DNA of 64,000 nucleotides from Tubiluchus corallicola (Eukaryota; Animalia; Priapulida): NCBI GenBank assembly GCA_030141605.1, contig JAQGDQ010000360.1, positions 62,001 to 126,000 of the forward strand, read 5' to 3'. Shown piece by piece: positions 15,290 to 27,723 of this stretch (position 1 is its first letter; each line of letters starts with the position of its first letter). The notes under the pieces were generated by a model. It saw only the letters and a program-made list of their open reading frames with translations, ran no database searches and was not told where the DNA came from. The position numbers and the translations under genes were made by a program.

Positions 15290-16180
15290 CTTACTACTTA
15301 CTTACCTGCCTACCTACTTACTTACTCACTCACTTACTCACTCACTCACTCACTCACTCACTCACTCACTCACTCACTCACTCACTCACTCACTCACTCA
15401 CTCACTCACTCACTCACTCACTCACTCACTCACTCACTCACTCACTCACTCACTCACTCACTCACTCACTCACTCACTCACTCACTCACTCATTCACTCA
15501 CTCACTCACTCACTCACTCACTCACTCACTCATTCACTCATTCACTCACTCACTCACTCGCTCATTCACTCACTCACTCACTCGCTCATTCACTCACTCA
15601 CTCAATCACTCAATCACTCACTCACTCACTCATTCACTCACTCACTCACTCACTCACTCACTCACTCACTCACTCACTCACTCACTCACTCACTCACTCA
15701 CTCATTCACTCACTCACTCACTCACTCGCTCATTCACTCACTCACTCACTCGCTCATTCACTTTCTCACTCACTCACTCACTCACTCACTCGCTCGCTCA
15801 TTCACTCACTCACTCTTTCGCTCGCTCACTCACTTACTGACTTACTCACTAACTCACTTACTCACTTACTTACTCACTCACTAACTCACTTACTCACTTA
15901 CTCACTTACTCACTCATTCACTCATTCACTCACTCACTCGCTCATTCACTCACTCACTCTCTCGCTCACTCATTCACTTACTCACTCACTCAATCACTTA
16001 CTCACTCACTCACTCATTCACTTTCTCACTCACTTGCTCGCTCACTCTCTTACTCACTCAATCACTCTCTCACTCTCTTTCTCACTCGCTCGCTTGCTGA
16101 CTCTCTTTTTCAAATACTCACTCACTTATTCACTTTCTCACTTTCTCACTCATTCGCTCGCTCGCTCACTCACTTACTTG
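15290..16180. repeat. (CACT)n microsatellite
   Basis: Direct reading. Confidence 0.97.
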
Positions 16181-16475
16181 ATTCATGCACCTGAACGTGC
16201 TTAAGACACCACTTTTAGTTTATATTAGAAGGTTATACTTTTTAATAAAAAGAAATTTTCTGCTTCATCCACAAGCATGAATTTAATAAGTTGACTTTGC
16301 CTTTAATTACTGGTTTCTGCCTTTCAGACTGCCAAACTGTATAAAAAATGTGTGACAGTATCAATATGACAAATTTTTATTTAAAGGAGAAGACAAAGGC
16401 AATTTTAATGTATCACCTATACAAATTATCATCATTATTATCATCATCATCGTCGTCGTCGTCGTCATCATCATT

Positions 16476-16576
<101 letters not shown>

Positions 16577-16634
16577 TATTATTATTAGGTCAACCAAGCA
16601 TGCAAAATTATAAAGTTTAATACTTTTATTTCAG

Positions 16635-17163
16635 AAATAATAAAGAGTTAACGTGCCACTTGTTTGAACTTGTTAACAACCGACAAAGCGCCGCCCAACG
16701 GCAAATGGCAGTACAAAACGAGGTACCCAATGTCCGCGACTACTCCAGCAGTAGTGAAGAGGAACAAAGATCACCCAAGTATCAATTTACCCCACGGGTG
16801 GAGGAACACTATGACACCAAGTGCAGATTCATTAGAAGAAACCTTAGCAGAAGCTCAAAGAACCCAGAAAAACTGTTCATCCGTCGGTGCGCATGCGCAA
16901 GTTTTGAAAACAGGGAGGAAGACGCGGTAACCGTGGCGACGGAGCCCGGTCAGGCCCAGTATCTTGATGATGGACTGGAGATTCATTACAGTAAGAGGTG
17001 TAAATGGAAACGTTTTTCAGATAATGGAAAGTGGTATTTGATCAGGTTTTGTAAGTGCAAAGACCCAAATAGGAATACTGGTCGTCGTGTTCCACCCACG
17101 TCTTTAGCTGTGGGAAATGAAGTCAGTTATCGTGCTTCAAACTCTGACGACATGGAGTCTTGA
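16635..17163 (+). CDS. Probable terminal exon of an unknown protein with two internal E.HY...C..(x)n..IR.C.C repeats
   Basis: ttttatttcag acceptor, about 175 open codons of non-repetitive, higher-GC sequence; first ATG at 16705. Confidence 0.45.
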
Positions 17164-17176
17164 TGAAGCTGAATGA

Positions 17177-17885
17177 TGCTGTTGCATTGTGAGCTACAAC
17201 GAGGAAATCTTAGTCCTGCTCTCTTATGCTAGGCTCCCTCTATTGTCATGGACATAGGTGGCGCTGTTGGATTATGAGCTACAACGAGGAAACTTTAGTC
17301 CTGCTCTGTCATGCTGGGTTCCCCCTACTGTCATGGTCATAGGTGGCGCTGTTGCATTGTGAGCTACAACGAGGAAATCTTAGTCCTGCCCTGTTATGCT
17401 AGGCTCCCTCTACTGTCATGGTCATAAGTGGCGCTGTTGCATTGTGAGCTACAACGAGGAAATCTTAGTCCTGCCCTGTTATGCTAGGCTCCCCCTACTG
17501 TCATGGTCATAGGTGGCGCTGTTGTAATGTGAGTTACAAGGAGGAAATCTTAGTCTTGCTCTGTTATGCTAGGCTCCCCCTACTGTCATGGTCATAGGTG
17601 GCGCTGTTGCATTGTGAGCTACAACGAGGAAATCTTAGTCTTGCCCTGTTATGCTAGGCTCCCCCTATTGTCATGGGCATAGGTGGCGTTGTTGCATTGT
17701 GAGCTACAACGAGGAAATCTTAGTCCTGCTCTCTTATGCTAGGCTCCCCCTACTGTCGTGGGCGTAGGTGGCGCTGTTGGATTATGAGCTACAACGAGGA
17801 AACCTTAGTCCTGCTCTGTCATGCTGGGTTCCCCCTACTGTCGTGGACATAGGTGGCGCTGTTGTAATGTGAGCCACAAGGAGAA
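17177..17885. repeat. 85-bp tandem repeat (about 8 units)
   Basis: GTGGCGCTGTTGCATTGTGAGCTACAACGAGGAAATCTTAGTCC... period 85. Confidence 0.95.
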
Positions 17886-17888
17886 AAT

Positions 17889-18040
17889 GTCGGGTTGGCA
17901 GCTTAGGTGGTAGAGCGTGGTGGCACTAATCCCAGGTCTCGAGTTCAAATCCCAATTAATCCACATTTTCCAGTGTCTCCTTTCTCCAATTTATTACCTG
18001 CAATGGGGTTTATAAAAATTCTGCCAATCACAGTCATAAT
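17889..18040 (+). mobile_element. tRNA-derived SINE-like element
   Basis: A-box-like GCTTAGGTGGTAGAG and B-box GAGTTCAAATCC without a complete cloverleaf. Confidence 0.5.
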
Positions 18041-18182
18041 TAAGTGATAATTTTGAACTTTTTAGTTTGAGTTCATTTGCTCTAGTTTAGTACAACTTTT
18101 TTTTAGTACAAAATCCGTTTTAGTACAACTTATCTTTTTAGACGTCCTTGACGTCCACGCGTTACACAGATGGGATTGTTAA

Positions 18183-18825
18183 AGGAAGAGGAAGACAGGA
18201 CGATTTTTCATACACTACCCCATTTTCACGTGCGATAAAAATATACATTTTAACACAATTAGTACTGCAAAAGCGTTTCTGATAAATTAAGTTATAGATT
18301 AAAATCTTAATTAACGGTGCGCGAGCCCAACTATTGATGACATCACAAACTAACATAAATTTTAACAGCAAAACAGCAAAAGCATTCCATGAGCGCGTTG
18401 CACGTGTTTGTGAAAGTGAAAATTGAAGTACTGTGCTACTGTAAGGTATTCAGTTTGTTGTACTAAAACTAAGTAAGTTTTAAGATAAACATTTAAAGTT
18501 CAAATTTACCGCTGTGCTCACGCATGAGCTGTCGAACGTGTGCAGTTCGTCAGAAATTAACACATCTGAACTGAGAGGTACAGCACCTGTTTTTTGTTCA
18601 ATGCCAAAATGCAGGCGCTAGTACCTGTCTCACTTGCGAATGGTGAAATGCATGTAAAAGAGAAGAATTAGTGGCGCGAACGCGAAATTGTGTTTGTGTG
18701 CTAATAATTCTTTCATCTAAGTTTATTTTTGAAAAAATATGTTTGTATTTTAGTATGTTTTCTTTCAATATTTTAAAAAGCAGATGGTTTTGACTAGCAG
18801 TTTAAGATTGGGTTCTGTTTTGATT
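18183..18825 (+). mobile_element. Kolobok-like MITE family A copy
   Basis: TTAA|AGGAAG start; homologous to 33870-34484. Confidence 0.7.
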
Positions 18826-19035
18826 TCAGTTTGAAATGAAAAGGAAGGGGTGCATCTGTTCTCTCTGCTTTGTCTGGCGGTTGAAAAATAATGATAGGTA
18901 ATATAAATGAACCTTACAACAGTAATGTAAGAAACTTAAGAAAGTGTTTACATGTCAATATACGTACTGTTTACTATTTTATTTTAACACCATCTATTAA
19001 ATATAGAATAATAATATTTTATTTTAATATGAGGA

Positions 19036-19181
19036 CCGTTGGCTCCTTGTGCAGCTCCTCCGAAGTAAAGTAAGTTTGCTTAAAGTAAGTGTTAATATAA
19101 GATGCCTACAGGTATCTTATGTTAATACTTAATTTAAGCAAACGTACTTTACTTCGGAGGAGCTGCACAAGCAGCCAACGG
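19036..19181. repeat. 146-bp near-perfect palindrome (hairpin MITE)
   Basis: CCGTTGGCTCCTTGTGCAGCTCCTCCGAAGTAAAG...CTTTACTTCGGAGGAGCTGCACAAGCAGCCAACGG. Confidence 0.85.
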
Positions 19182-19184
19182 CTA

Positions 19185-19560
19185 GAGGGCTGAGGAGGTC
19201 AAGTGACCCAACGGCCATGTGTAGAGGAGTAAACTTTCCAAATTAGGAGTGGAGCCCCCGAAGGAGGACCAGTGCAGCATGCTCACAGACTCCGGCAGCT
19301 CCTGCAGCCAACCTGGTGCCAAACGTATCGCTCCGCTTTCCTTTGGACTACACCAGGGAGGAAGAGAGGGAGTTCCTGTTGTCTGGGCAACTCAGGATCT
19401 CCATACACCTTGCCCAGACGTGCGCCCTGGAGACGTTCAAGGATCGTACTGCTCAGCCACAGTCGACGCTGCAGTTCCGTCAATGTGATCAATAACTGAC
19501 TCTCTTGGCGCACACTACATTGTCTTCCGAGACAGAAGGATGCCAACCATACTATCAATC
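19185..19560 (+). mobile_element. GC-rich fragment resembling an RTE-type LINE/SINE 5' region
   Basis: Recalled similarity only (CCAACCTGGTGCCAAACGTATCGCTCCGC...TTTGGACTACACCAGGGAGG). Confidence 0.35.
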
Positions 19561-20604
19561 AGCAATCAATCTGAAAGGAAAACTGGAGCCAGTCTTAAAC
19601 TGTAGACCACCCCAGGGACGGAGCAAAGTGGTTTTTGACTAGGCGTAATTACCCACTAATAGGTGATCATGTCGTTAAACTGATGCGCTAATTTTGTTTT
19701 ATGAGCCTGCCGATAGGTGGATTGTTTTGACTTAATCGCAAGACGAGGTACATGCGCTAAAATGGCCGCCGGGCGTAGGCATCCTTCGTTTTTTTCGCTC
19801 ACTGTATCATCTGGTATATAGCCACAGATACATAGATAAGCTATCCAAATTGTAAAATAGTGAAAGGGAAACCGTACCCAATCTTAAACTGTAGGTCAAA
19901 ACAATCTACTCTGTAATATATTGAAAGGAAACATTCTCTGTTTACAAAAATGCCTTACCTGAAAGAATTTTTATCACACAAACACAATTTCACGTTTGCG
20001 CTACTAGTTCTTCGCTTTTACATGCATTTTGCCATTGGCTAGTTAGATACCAGCACCAGCACCTGCATTTCACCATTTCGCCAAAATGATCTCTTCATTA
20101 ACATAACTCGTCCGCTTCTTCTTAAGATTTTAATCTACTATTTAGTTATCAGAAAAGCTTTTGCAGTATTAATTGTGGTAAAACGTATACTTTTACCGTA
20201 GTTGAAAATGGGGTAGTGTATGAAAAATCATCCTGTCTTTCGTCAGCAGCTGGAACTAGGAGAAGCTTCAACAATGTAAACTTTACATCCCTAACATCAA
20301 TTTTGAAAAGCAATTTTTGCATTTGAGATTTTTGTCAACATTTCAAAAGCTTCTGAATAATCAAAGACACTAATTTTTGCAAGTACCACAACGATACTTT
20401 AAAACCTATAATACTGTAAAATTCAGTAAGTTCAGCTCAGTTTTTTTACTGACGCTGAATAAAAATTTGTTATTGTGAATTTTTAAACCTTTGTATAATG
20501 TTGCTGTTTTCTGAAAAGTAGAAAATTTTGAACTATGAAATGTTTCAGTTCTGCTATCCGTGATAAAGATTGTAAATATCAAGTTTATAGTCAATAAACA
20601 AGTA

Positions 20605-20715
20605 TTGCTGCTACTGCTTCTTCTTCTTCTTGTTCTACTACTACTACTACTATTACTACTACTACTACTACTACTACTGCTACTACTACTACTACTACTA
20701 TTACTGCTACTACCT

Positions 20716-20804
<89 letters not shown>

Positions 20805-20832
20805 GCTGCTGCTACTACTACTGCTACTACTG

Positions 20833-20910
<78 letters not shown>

Positions 20911-20915
20911 TTGCA
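20605..20915. repeat. (CTA)n microsatellite
   Basis: Direct reading. Confidence 0.97.
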
Positions 20916-22366
20916 ACTGCTAATGGCATATAAAATCTATTATTACATCAAAAATACTACACCACAAACAGTTGTGACAGCTGGTTGTATAATAAAAAAA
21001 ATTAACAATAATCCCGTAGGTAAGTAAAATGGGTTCACTGAAAATATCGTCATTGGATCACTGTTTCACAAATGTCTAAAACTATTTTTTCCGTTCTATT
21101 TATTGTTTCACTGCACCTCAACACGGTTACTAACTTCAGTTCTTAATTAAATTTCAGTGATTAAAGTACTAAGCAATACAAAGTTAAAGGACAAGAAAAA
21201 AGATACCGGAAGTAGATAAAAAGTCACCTTGAAAAATTATACAACTTTACAGCAATTTTATGGTATATATCGTATTCGCGTTGAAAGGAATTTTTGTTTG
21301 TTTTCATTTTGAATTTCCCGCAATACTGTTTAGGCGGCGACATTATATGACGTCATACACGCACAACGTAAATCAGGGAAAGAAAGGGAAATGTTAAACT
21401 GTGTTCTAAAAACTTTCCATGCAAAGCTATATTACTTAGCAGTTCGCTTACCTGCTGGAAAGACTTATGTAACTAGAAGTTATATTTTGTTCATGCCAAT
21501 TGGTAAAATGTCGCTGACTCACCCTCCAGGGTGCACCACTCACTAGACAAAAACGTATTTTTAATCTTACTGACAAGATGCAGTAATTTAAAATTTTAGT
21601 TAGTTAGTGACGTGTGCGCTACGAATGCTCTGATTAATTTTTCAAACTTTACTCAGTGTTTTCTAAACCTGTTTCAAATGACCTGTCGTCTTACGGTCAT
21701 CACGGGAGTTTTAAATTTACACGTTTCATACAGCGTTACTGCCGACACGAGCTCTGCATGCAAAGAGGAAGTACGTAAGTGGTATAAATTTTGAAGACAA
21801 TTTTTACAAGCTTTATGTAAGTGGAGATTTTTCTTGTGCTTTAAGTCAAAGGTCTAATTTCTACAATTAAAATAGCCTGTTAAGTTTCAGCATCAAATTT
21901 ATCAAGAATTAATTATTACATTTGATCATCAGTTCTATAAGCAAAAATTGACTATAGGTATAATATAATCCCTAATATGAAAGCTATTTTGACATAATAC
22001 CTTTTAAATTTTCTAATATACTTTTATATATTTATGGTTAATAGTAGTTTAGTGAGTATTGAAATGTTTTTTGTCTGATAATTATTATGTTAAAGATTTG
22101 CATAATAAACTTATGGAGGTAGCCAATTAGAATAGACCTAGTTTCAATCTTACAAGAAGAAATTTCTTACATTATGAAGCTATAAAAACAAAAGAACGAA
22201 CAAGTTTCACTGATTACTATATTTTTTCCTGATTTAAACTACATTTTTCGATATTTTACATTTTCGTTTCATTCGCCTTCCGACAGATGGCAGCAGCAGT
22301 TCACTCGCTCAGACGTTCACAATAATGCCTCGTTACGGTCTGAGCAGTAGAAAAAGTATCGCTTAA

Positions 22367-22843
22367 AGGAAAGGTAAAACCTTCTGGGAAGTTAGGCTTA
22401 TTTTTATGTTTGGTAACGACGGTAAGAAAGTTTTTAGGAATAAAAGTGCAATAATTTCACGCTTGAGCGCTTCCTTTTTTCCTCCAGTGACTGAAGCAAA
22501 GCGGCGCACTTTCAATTTCCCTCAAAATCATAATGATTGAATAATCATAATTAAAAAATAGTTGTAATGTTCATTTTTGTGAGTTTTCGCATGAACATTA
22601 GATAGACTGCAAAAGTATGAGTTAGTTTTTGAGCAGTGCACGCTTACAGAAAGCCGGGAAGTCCACCAGTTACGTCATAGCTTTCAAGTGAATGGCAGCT
22701 ACCCGAATCGCGCCTGAAAATTTTGTTGCTCAGTATGAATTAGCCTTAAGCTTTATAGATAGTTTTTTGCAAATTTCTTTGTTGTAAGTTTAAGTGATAC
22801 CAGTACGATAAACCCCAACATGCTAAACGACCTGTCCTTTCCT
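22367..22843. mobile_element. Kolobok-like MITE family B (partial reversed copy about 26380-26590)
   Basis: TTAA|AGGAAAGG...CCTTTCCT|TTAA. Confidence 0.75.
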
Positions 22844-22921
22844 TTAATGTGCGATAGGTGGCAGCAGCTTACAGCTTTATTCCTTTAATGTGCGATAGGT
22901 GGCAGCAGCTTACAGCTTGAT

Positions 22922-23134
22922 TCATTCACACGTCCACGTGCTTTCCTTGCAGTACAAGGGAGATGCACATGGAGGAATGGGGAAGATTCTCGCCCCATAA
23001 AATGGACTGGGAGCACTTCCGGGATAACATCCTTCTCCAGCTTTTCGTTCCTCCTGACAGTAATGTAAGTTTTCCTCATAATTTGGGATGCAGGGCTTCC
23101 CGTTACAGTCAGAATCCGTGATGCAGGGGGGAAG
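22922..23134 (-). CDS. Prokineticin/MIT/astakine-like (colipase fold) cysteine-rich peptide, exon 2
   Basis: cttttcag acceptor in phase 0; LPPCITDSDCNGKPCI...LHYC...AGEGCYPGSAPSPFYGAR...PPCASPLYC...WTCE* aligns to prokineticin C..D..C..CC...C...EGEECHPGSHKVPF...CPC..L.C...C. Confidence 0.8.
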   Translation of the reverse strand, partial: LPPCITDSDCNGKPCIPNYEENLHYCQEERKAGEGCYPGSAPSPFYGARIFPIPPCASPLYCKESTWTCE

Positions 23135-23154
23135 CTGAAAAGACAAGCATAGAC

Positions 23155-23925
23155 AATATTTATATTTATATTTGTATTTGTATTTGTATTTGTATTTGTA
23201 TTTGTATTTGTATTTGTATTTGTATTTGTATTTGTATTTGTATTTGTATTTGTATTTGTATTTGTATTTGTATTTGTATTTGTATTTGTATTTGTATTTG
23301 TATCTGTATCTGTATCTGTATCTGTATCTGTATCTGTATCTGTATCTGTATCTGTATCTGTATCTGTATCTGTATCTGTATCTGTATCTGTATCTGTATC
23401 TGTATCTGTATCTGTATCTGTATCTGTATCTGTATCTGTATCTGTATCTGTATCTGTATCTGTATCTGTATCTGTATCTGTATCTGTATCTGTATCTGTA
23501 TCTGTATCTGTATCTGTATCTGTATCTGTATCTGTATCTGTATCTGTATCTGTATCTGTATCTGTATCTGTATCTGTATCTGTATCTGTATCTGTATCTG
23601 TATCTGTATCTGTATCTGTATCTGTATCTGTATCTGTATCTGTATCTGTATCTGTATCTGTATCTGTATCTGTATCTGTATCTGTATCTGTATCTGTATC
23701 AGTATCTGTATCTGTATCTGTATCTGTATCTGTATCTGTATCTGTATCTGTATCTGTATCTGTATCTGTATCTGTATCTGTATCTGTATCTGTATCTGTA
23801 TCTGTATCTATATCTATATTTATATTTATATTTATATTTATATTTATATTTATATTTATATTTATATTTATATTTATATTTATATTTATATTTATATTTA
23901 TATTTATATTTATATTTATATTTAT
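23155..23925. repeat. Compound hexamer microsatellite (TATTTG)n(TATCTG)n(TATTTA)n in the intron of the prokineticin-like gene
   Basis: Direct reading. Confidence 0.98.
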
Positions 23926-24437
23926 TAAACACACGGTCTAAGCCCTAAGAAAATTAATGCAGCAATGCAACTGTGTGTAAAAAGACAAATGATGGGTAAA
24001 GAACATCGAGAAACAATGATGACAGCAGCAGCAACAGCGACAACGACAGCGGCAACGACAACGACGGCAGCAGCAGCAACAGCAGTACAAACAGCAACAT
24101 CAGCAGCGACAACGACAACAACTACAACAACAGTAACAGTAGATGTAGTAACAACTGCAATGGTCGTAATAATAGGTCAAGACATTGGCAACGTCAATGA
24201 TGTTAACAACAGAAGCAACAACAGCGATGACGTCTAACAAACAGTAGCTGATAAATTCTAATAAGAGAATCACCATGCATATAGCCACTATAGTGGCGAC
24301 ACCTACCCTGTCAATAATAGGTCAAGACATTGGCAACGTCAATGATGTTAACAACTGAAGCAACAACAGCGATGACGTCTAACAAACAGTAGCTGATAAA
24401 TTCTAATAAGAGAATCACCATGCATATAGCCACCTAC

Positions 24438-24605
24438 CCTGTCCCTAAAAACTCTTTTGTTGAAATTTATGTAGACCTCAGGAAAATGGTCCAATGTCTT
24501 AACACTTGACAATCCTGGGCGTACGAACGGCAGTGCTGATGCAGGTGTCGTCAGTGTTGTCATTATCATCATCATCATCAACAACAACAACAACACTGTC
24601 GCCAT
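24438..24605 (-). CDS. Prokineticin/MIT-like peptide precursor, exon 1 (signal MATVLLLLLMMMMIMTTLTTPASA + propeptide ending NKR-VFRDR)
   Basis: Hydrophobic signal ending ASA, dibasic KR site, donor AGG|GTAGGT in phase 0; an upstream in-frame ATG at 24647 is an alternative start. Confidence 0.72.
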
Positions 24606-25359
24606 AGATTCCACATTGTTTCGTTTTTGAACTAGTCTCTCAGTCATTTTGTATACTGAATCAGTTTCTCAATGGTTTTCACAAGGAAACAGCAATTTTG
24701 CAACACAAACAATTTTTCGGTGTGGCTTTTATGATGCTAAAATTATTTTTCGCAGTGCCATCTAACGGTTATTTCACTTTGAAAATGCCACTTAAGTCAG
24801 ATCTACTTGTTCAAGCTATTGCAGAAATCACAAAGTTTTCCAATTAAATACGTTTGTGGTGTCTACCTTCACGTTGGTCACGTGACTAGCTGCAGCCAAT
24901 TAGATTTTGTTGCGAAAGTGCGAAACTCCTGGCGGGCCCTGTTATCAGACTTTTGCAGTGTCGCCCCCTGGGAGTGTAAAACAGTGGCGGCAGGTGGAGC
25001 AGAGTTTTCTAAATTGGACGGGGAGACGGTCACCGTTATTACAATGTCAACATTTATAGAAATCGTCATTGATAACAAGGTACTTTGGAACGTCATGTTT
25101 CATAGTGTGTCGTCAATTCGATTTGTTTTATTTATTAGCGTCAATAGCGTCATAACGTTTATTTTTAACCCTTAATGTTAATAGCGTTATATCAGCAAGC
25201 AAAACCTCTCTAGCTGTTGGTCTCCGTAAATTATATAAAATCTGGGCATTAATCTGGAAATTGTTCAAGCAGTTAAAGGAGCAGGGTAACGTAAAAATCA
25301 TACAGTAAATTCATTGCTTGACGGTTAATTTTGTTAGCATAATTACAGTGTTATTATAT

Positions 25360-25710
25360 TTCATAATAGAAATTGTATATATGTCTTGTTTTTTTGTATA
25401 TTTCAAAATTGAAATTGTGTACATGTCTTGTTTTTTGCATATTTCAAAATTGAAATTGTGTATATGTCTTGTTTTTTTGTATATTTTAAAATTGAAATTG
25501 TGTATATGTCTTGTTTTTTTATATTTCAAAATTGAAATTGTGTATGTCTTGTTTTTTGTATATTTTAAAATTGAAATTGTGTATATGTTTTGTTTTTTTG
25601 TATTTCAAAATTGAAATTGTGTATATGTCTTGTTTTTTTGTATATTTCAAAATTGAAATTGTGTATATGTCTTGTTTTTTGTATATTTCAAGACTGAAAT
25701 TGTATGGATG
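25360..25710. repeat. About 42-bp AT-rich minisatellite
   Basis: AAAATTGAAATTGTGTATATGTCTTGTTTTTTTGTATATTTC units. Confidence 0.9.
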
Positions 25711-27343
25711 TCTTGCATGTATTCTTGACACTAAAAATATAAAAAATAAATATTTAAATCTATTTTACTGTTATCACTTAAAGTTCAAAAAAATATAATA
25801 AACGAAATTGGAAAAGAGCTTGGATTTAAAATCTACTGCCCCTGAATACAATTTTTCAGGCGTGGTGGTAGCCGCCATTCACTTGAAGATCATTACATAA
25901 CTGGGAGACTTTGTGGCTTTCTGTGAGCGCGCGCTGTTTAAACTAATTCAAACTTCTGCAGCTTACGTAATGTTCACGTAAAAATATTACAAAATTAGTT
26001 ATCTAATTATTTTGTGAAAACTTATTATACTGTTACGATGGCGGCCATAAGGTCCAGGGTTCAAATCTAGATCAGCCAAACCAAGTTGCAGACAAATGTT
26101 GTGTATATGACAATAAGAAAAGAAATATAAAAATGTAAACAGAAGATGAAAACTTGTCAGATCTTTCCCTACGTTCCATATGCTGATTACGGAACAGGTG
26201 CTTAGGTGGTAAACACACCTGTCCACCTGCCGACTGAACCGATGAAGCCATTCTTATAGCTGCTATGCAGTGCTGATATGCAATGGCTTCGTAATGCATC
26301 AAACCATCACAATGATTAGGAGAGGGGTAGAAAATAAATGCCATTTTGCCCCCGTAACAATACTTTTGACGAAGCTTGACAGTGCGCTAATTTTCTTTAA
26401 GACAAATGACGTCATTGGAAGAAGAATGGGCGTTGAAAATTGGAGCGTCCAAGCATGAAGTGATCGTGACTTTATAAAGTCACTTTACTAGTTACACGAG
26501 ACGCTTATTGCAGGTTTATTACTAAATCCTAACATTTTTCGCGAACATTGAAATAAGCCTCACCTCCTAAAAGGGTTAGCTTTTCCTTTAACTTGCTTTG
26601 TCTCACTGGTAAAACTATGTACTACAGAAAATAACCGCTTAGAAAACTTGACTTTTCCTTTAAACAGCCTTATTATCAGACAGAAAAGCATTTCTGTGTT
26701 TTGTATCAAGCCTTAGACTATAACGACTTTGATTTATGCTATAGGAAAAATTTTAACCTCGCGTATAAATGTAAACTTATTCACTTGTTAAACTTTAAAA
26801 ACAAGAATGGGGTACCTAATGAAGGATTTAGAAAAAAGCGCCTTAAAAATTATTATAAAATCAATCGATGAAAACAAATACAAAAAGATTTCTTATAATC
26901 TAGTACAGAGACAAATAGAATATCTACTTTTAGTATAAATTAATCTAATTACTAAATTAGTTCCACAACAATGATGTGATAGCAGGAAACATTAACTTTT
27001 GGTCGTGAGAAACTACAAGTTTACAGATATAGTGGTTTTTGAAATTTTTTCACTACAAAAAGTTAAGCAATGGTGAAGATTTGTTGTCAAGAAAAAGTGG
27101 AACGGAATCCTCTGGACTACAACACCTGGAATTCTCTTAAACTGGATTTGTTGTCAAGAAAGCACGAGAGCCGGATAGAGCCATTTGATGCAGTGAAACA
27201 AAATTGTTGAATTCAGGGACCAAATTCCCTTTAAAGACAATCCGATATGCAGCCTACAATGCTTCCTAATGTTTTATGTTGACTTCAAAGGTGCATCGGC
27301 GACCATTTTGTATTACCTTGGCTGTGAATGACCTTGAAACACC

Positions 27344-27723
27344 TGTGAAAGATATTTGTGAAGTCGAAATTGAACACTGGTAGAAACAACTAAACACAAG
27401 ATTAAATATTTGCAAACTAAAACACTTTTATTGCACTACATAGTTATATGTAACATGACTGCTACACTTAGGACCAGCGTGTCCTGCAGTGATCACGAAT
27501 GAGTAGACAGTGGCTAGAAGTGGAATCTAGCCAGTTTATATATGTAAAGAACTATGCAAAAACATGGCTTCACATATCCCATTACAGAAAAATAGGGGAG
27601 ATACAGTGAGTTTGAATATTCATTGGACCATACAATTGCATTAAGGGGTGAATTGAACTAGTAAATGTTAAAGTAACGAATCAATAGATGGCAGCACCTA
27701 AATATACAGTTACAACTTTCACA
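27344..27723 (-). mobile_element. Solo LTR
   Basis: TGTGAAAG...CTTTCACA termini, perfect 5-bp TSD ACACC, AATAAA on the minus strand. Confidence 0.85.

Noticed and set aside
15224-16204. Long ORFs such as (LTHS)n, (DT)n, (SL)n, (ER)n and poly-I/L/M across the window
   Set aside because: Translations of microsatellites that lack stop codons
17889-17960. tRNA gene candidate (similar boxes near 26040, 39660 and 45940)
   Set aside because: A and B boxes are present but there is no acceptor stem or valid cloverleaf; treated as SINE heads
19249-19558. Three overlapping ORFs in a GC-rich patch
   Set aside because: No recognisable protein or splice support; better explained as a retroelement UTR fragment
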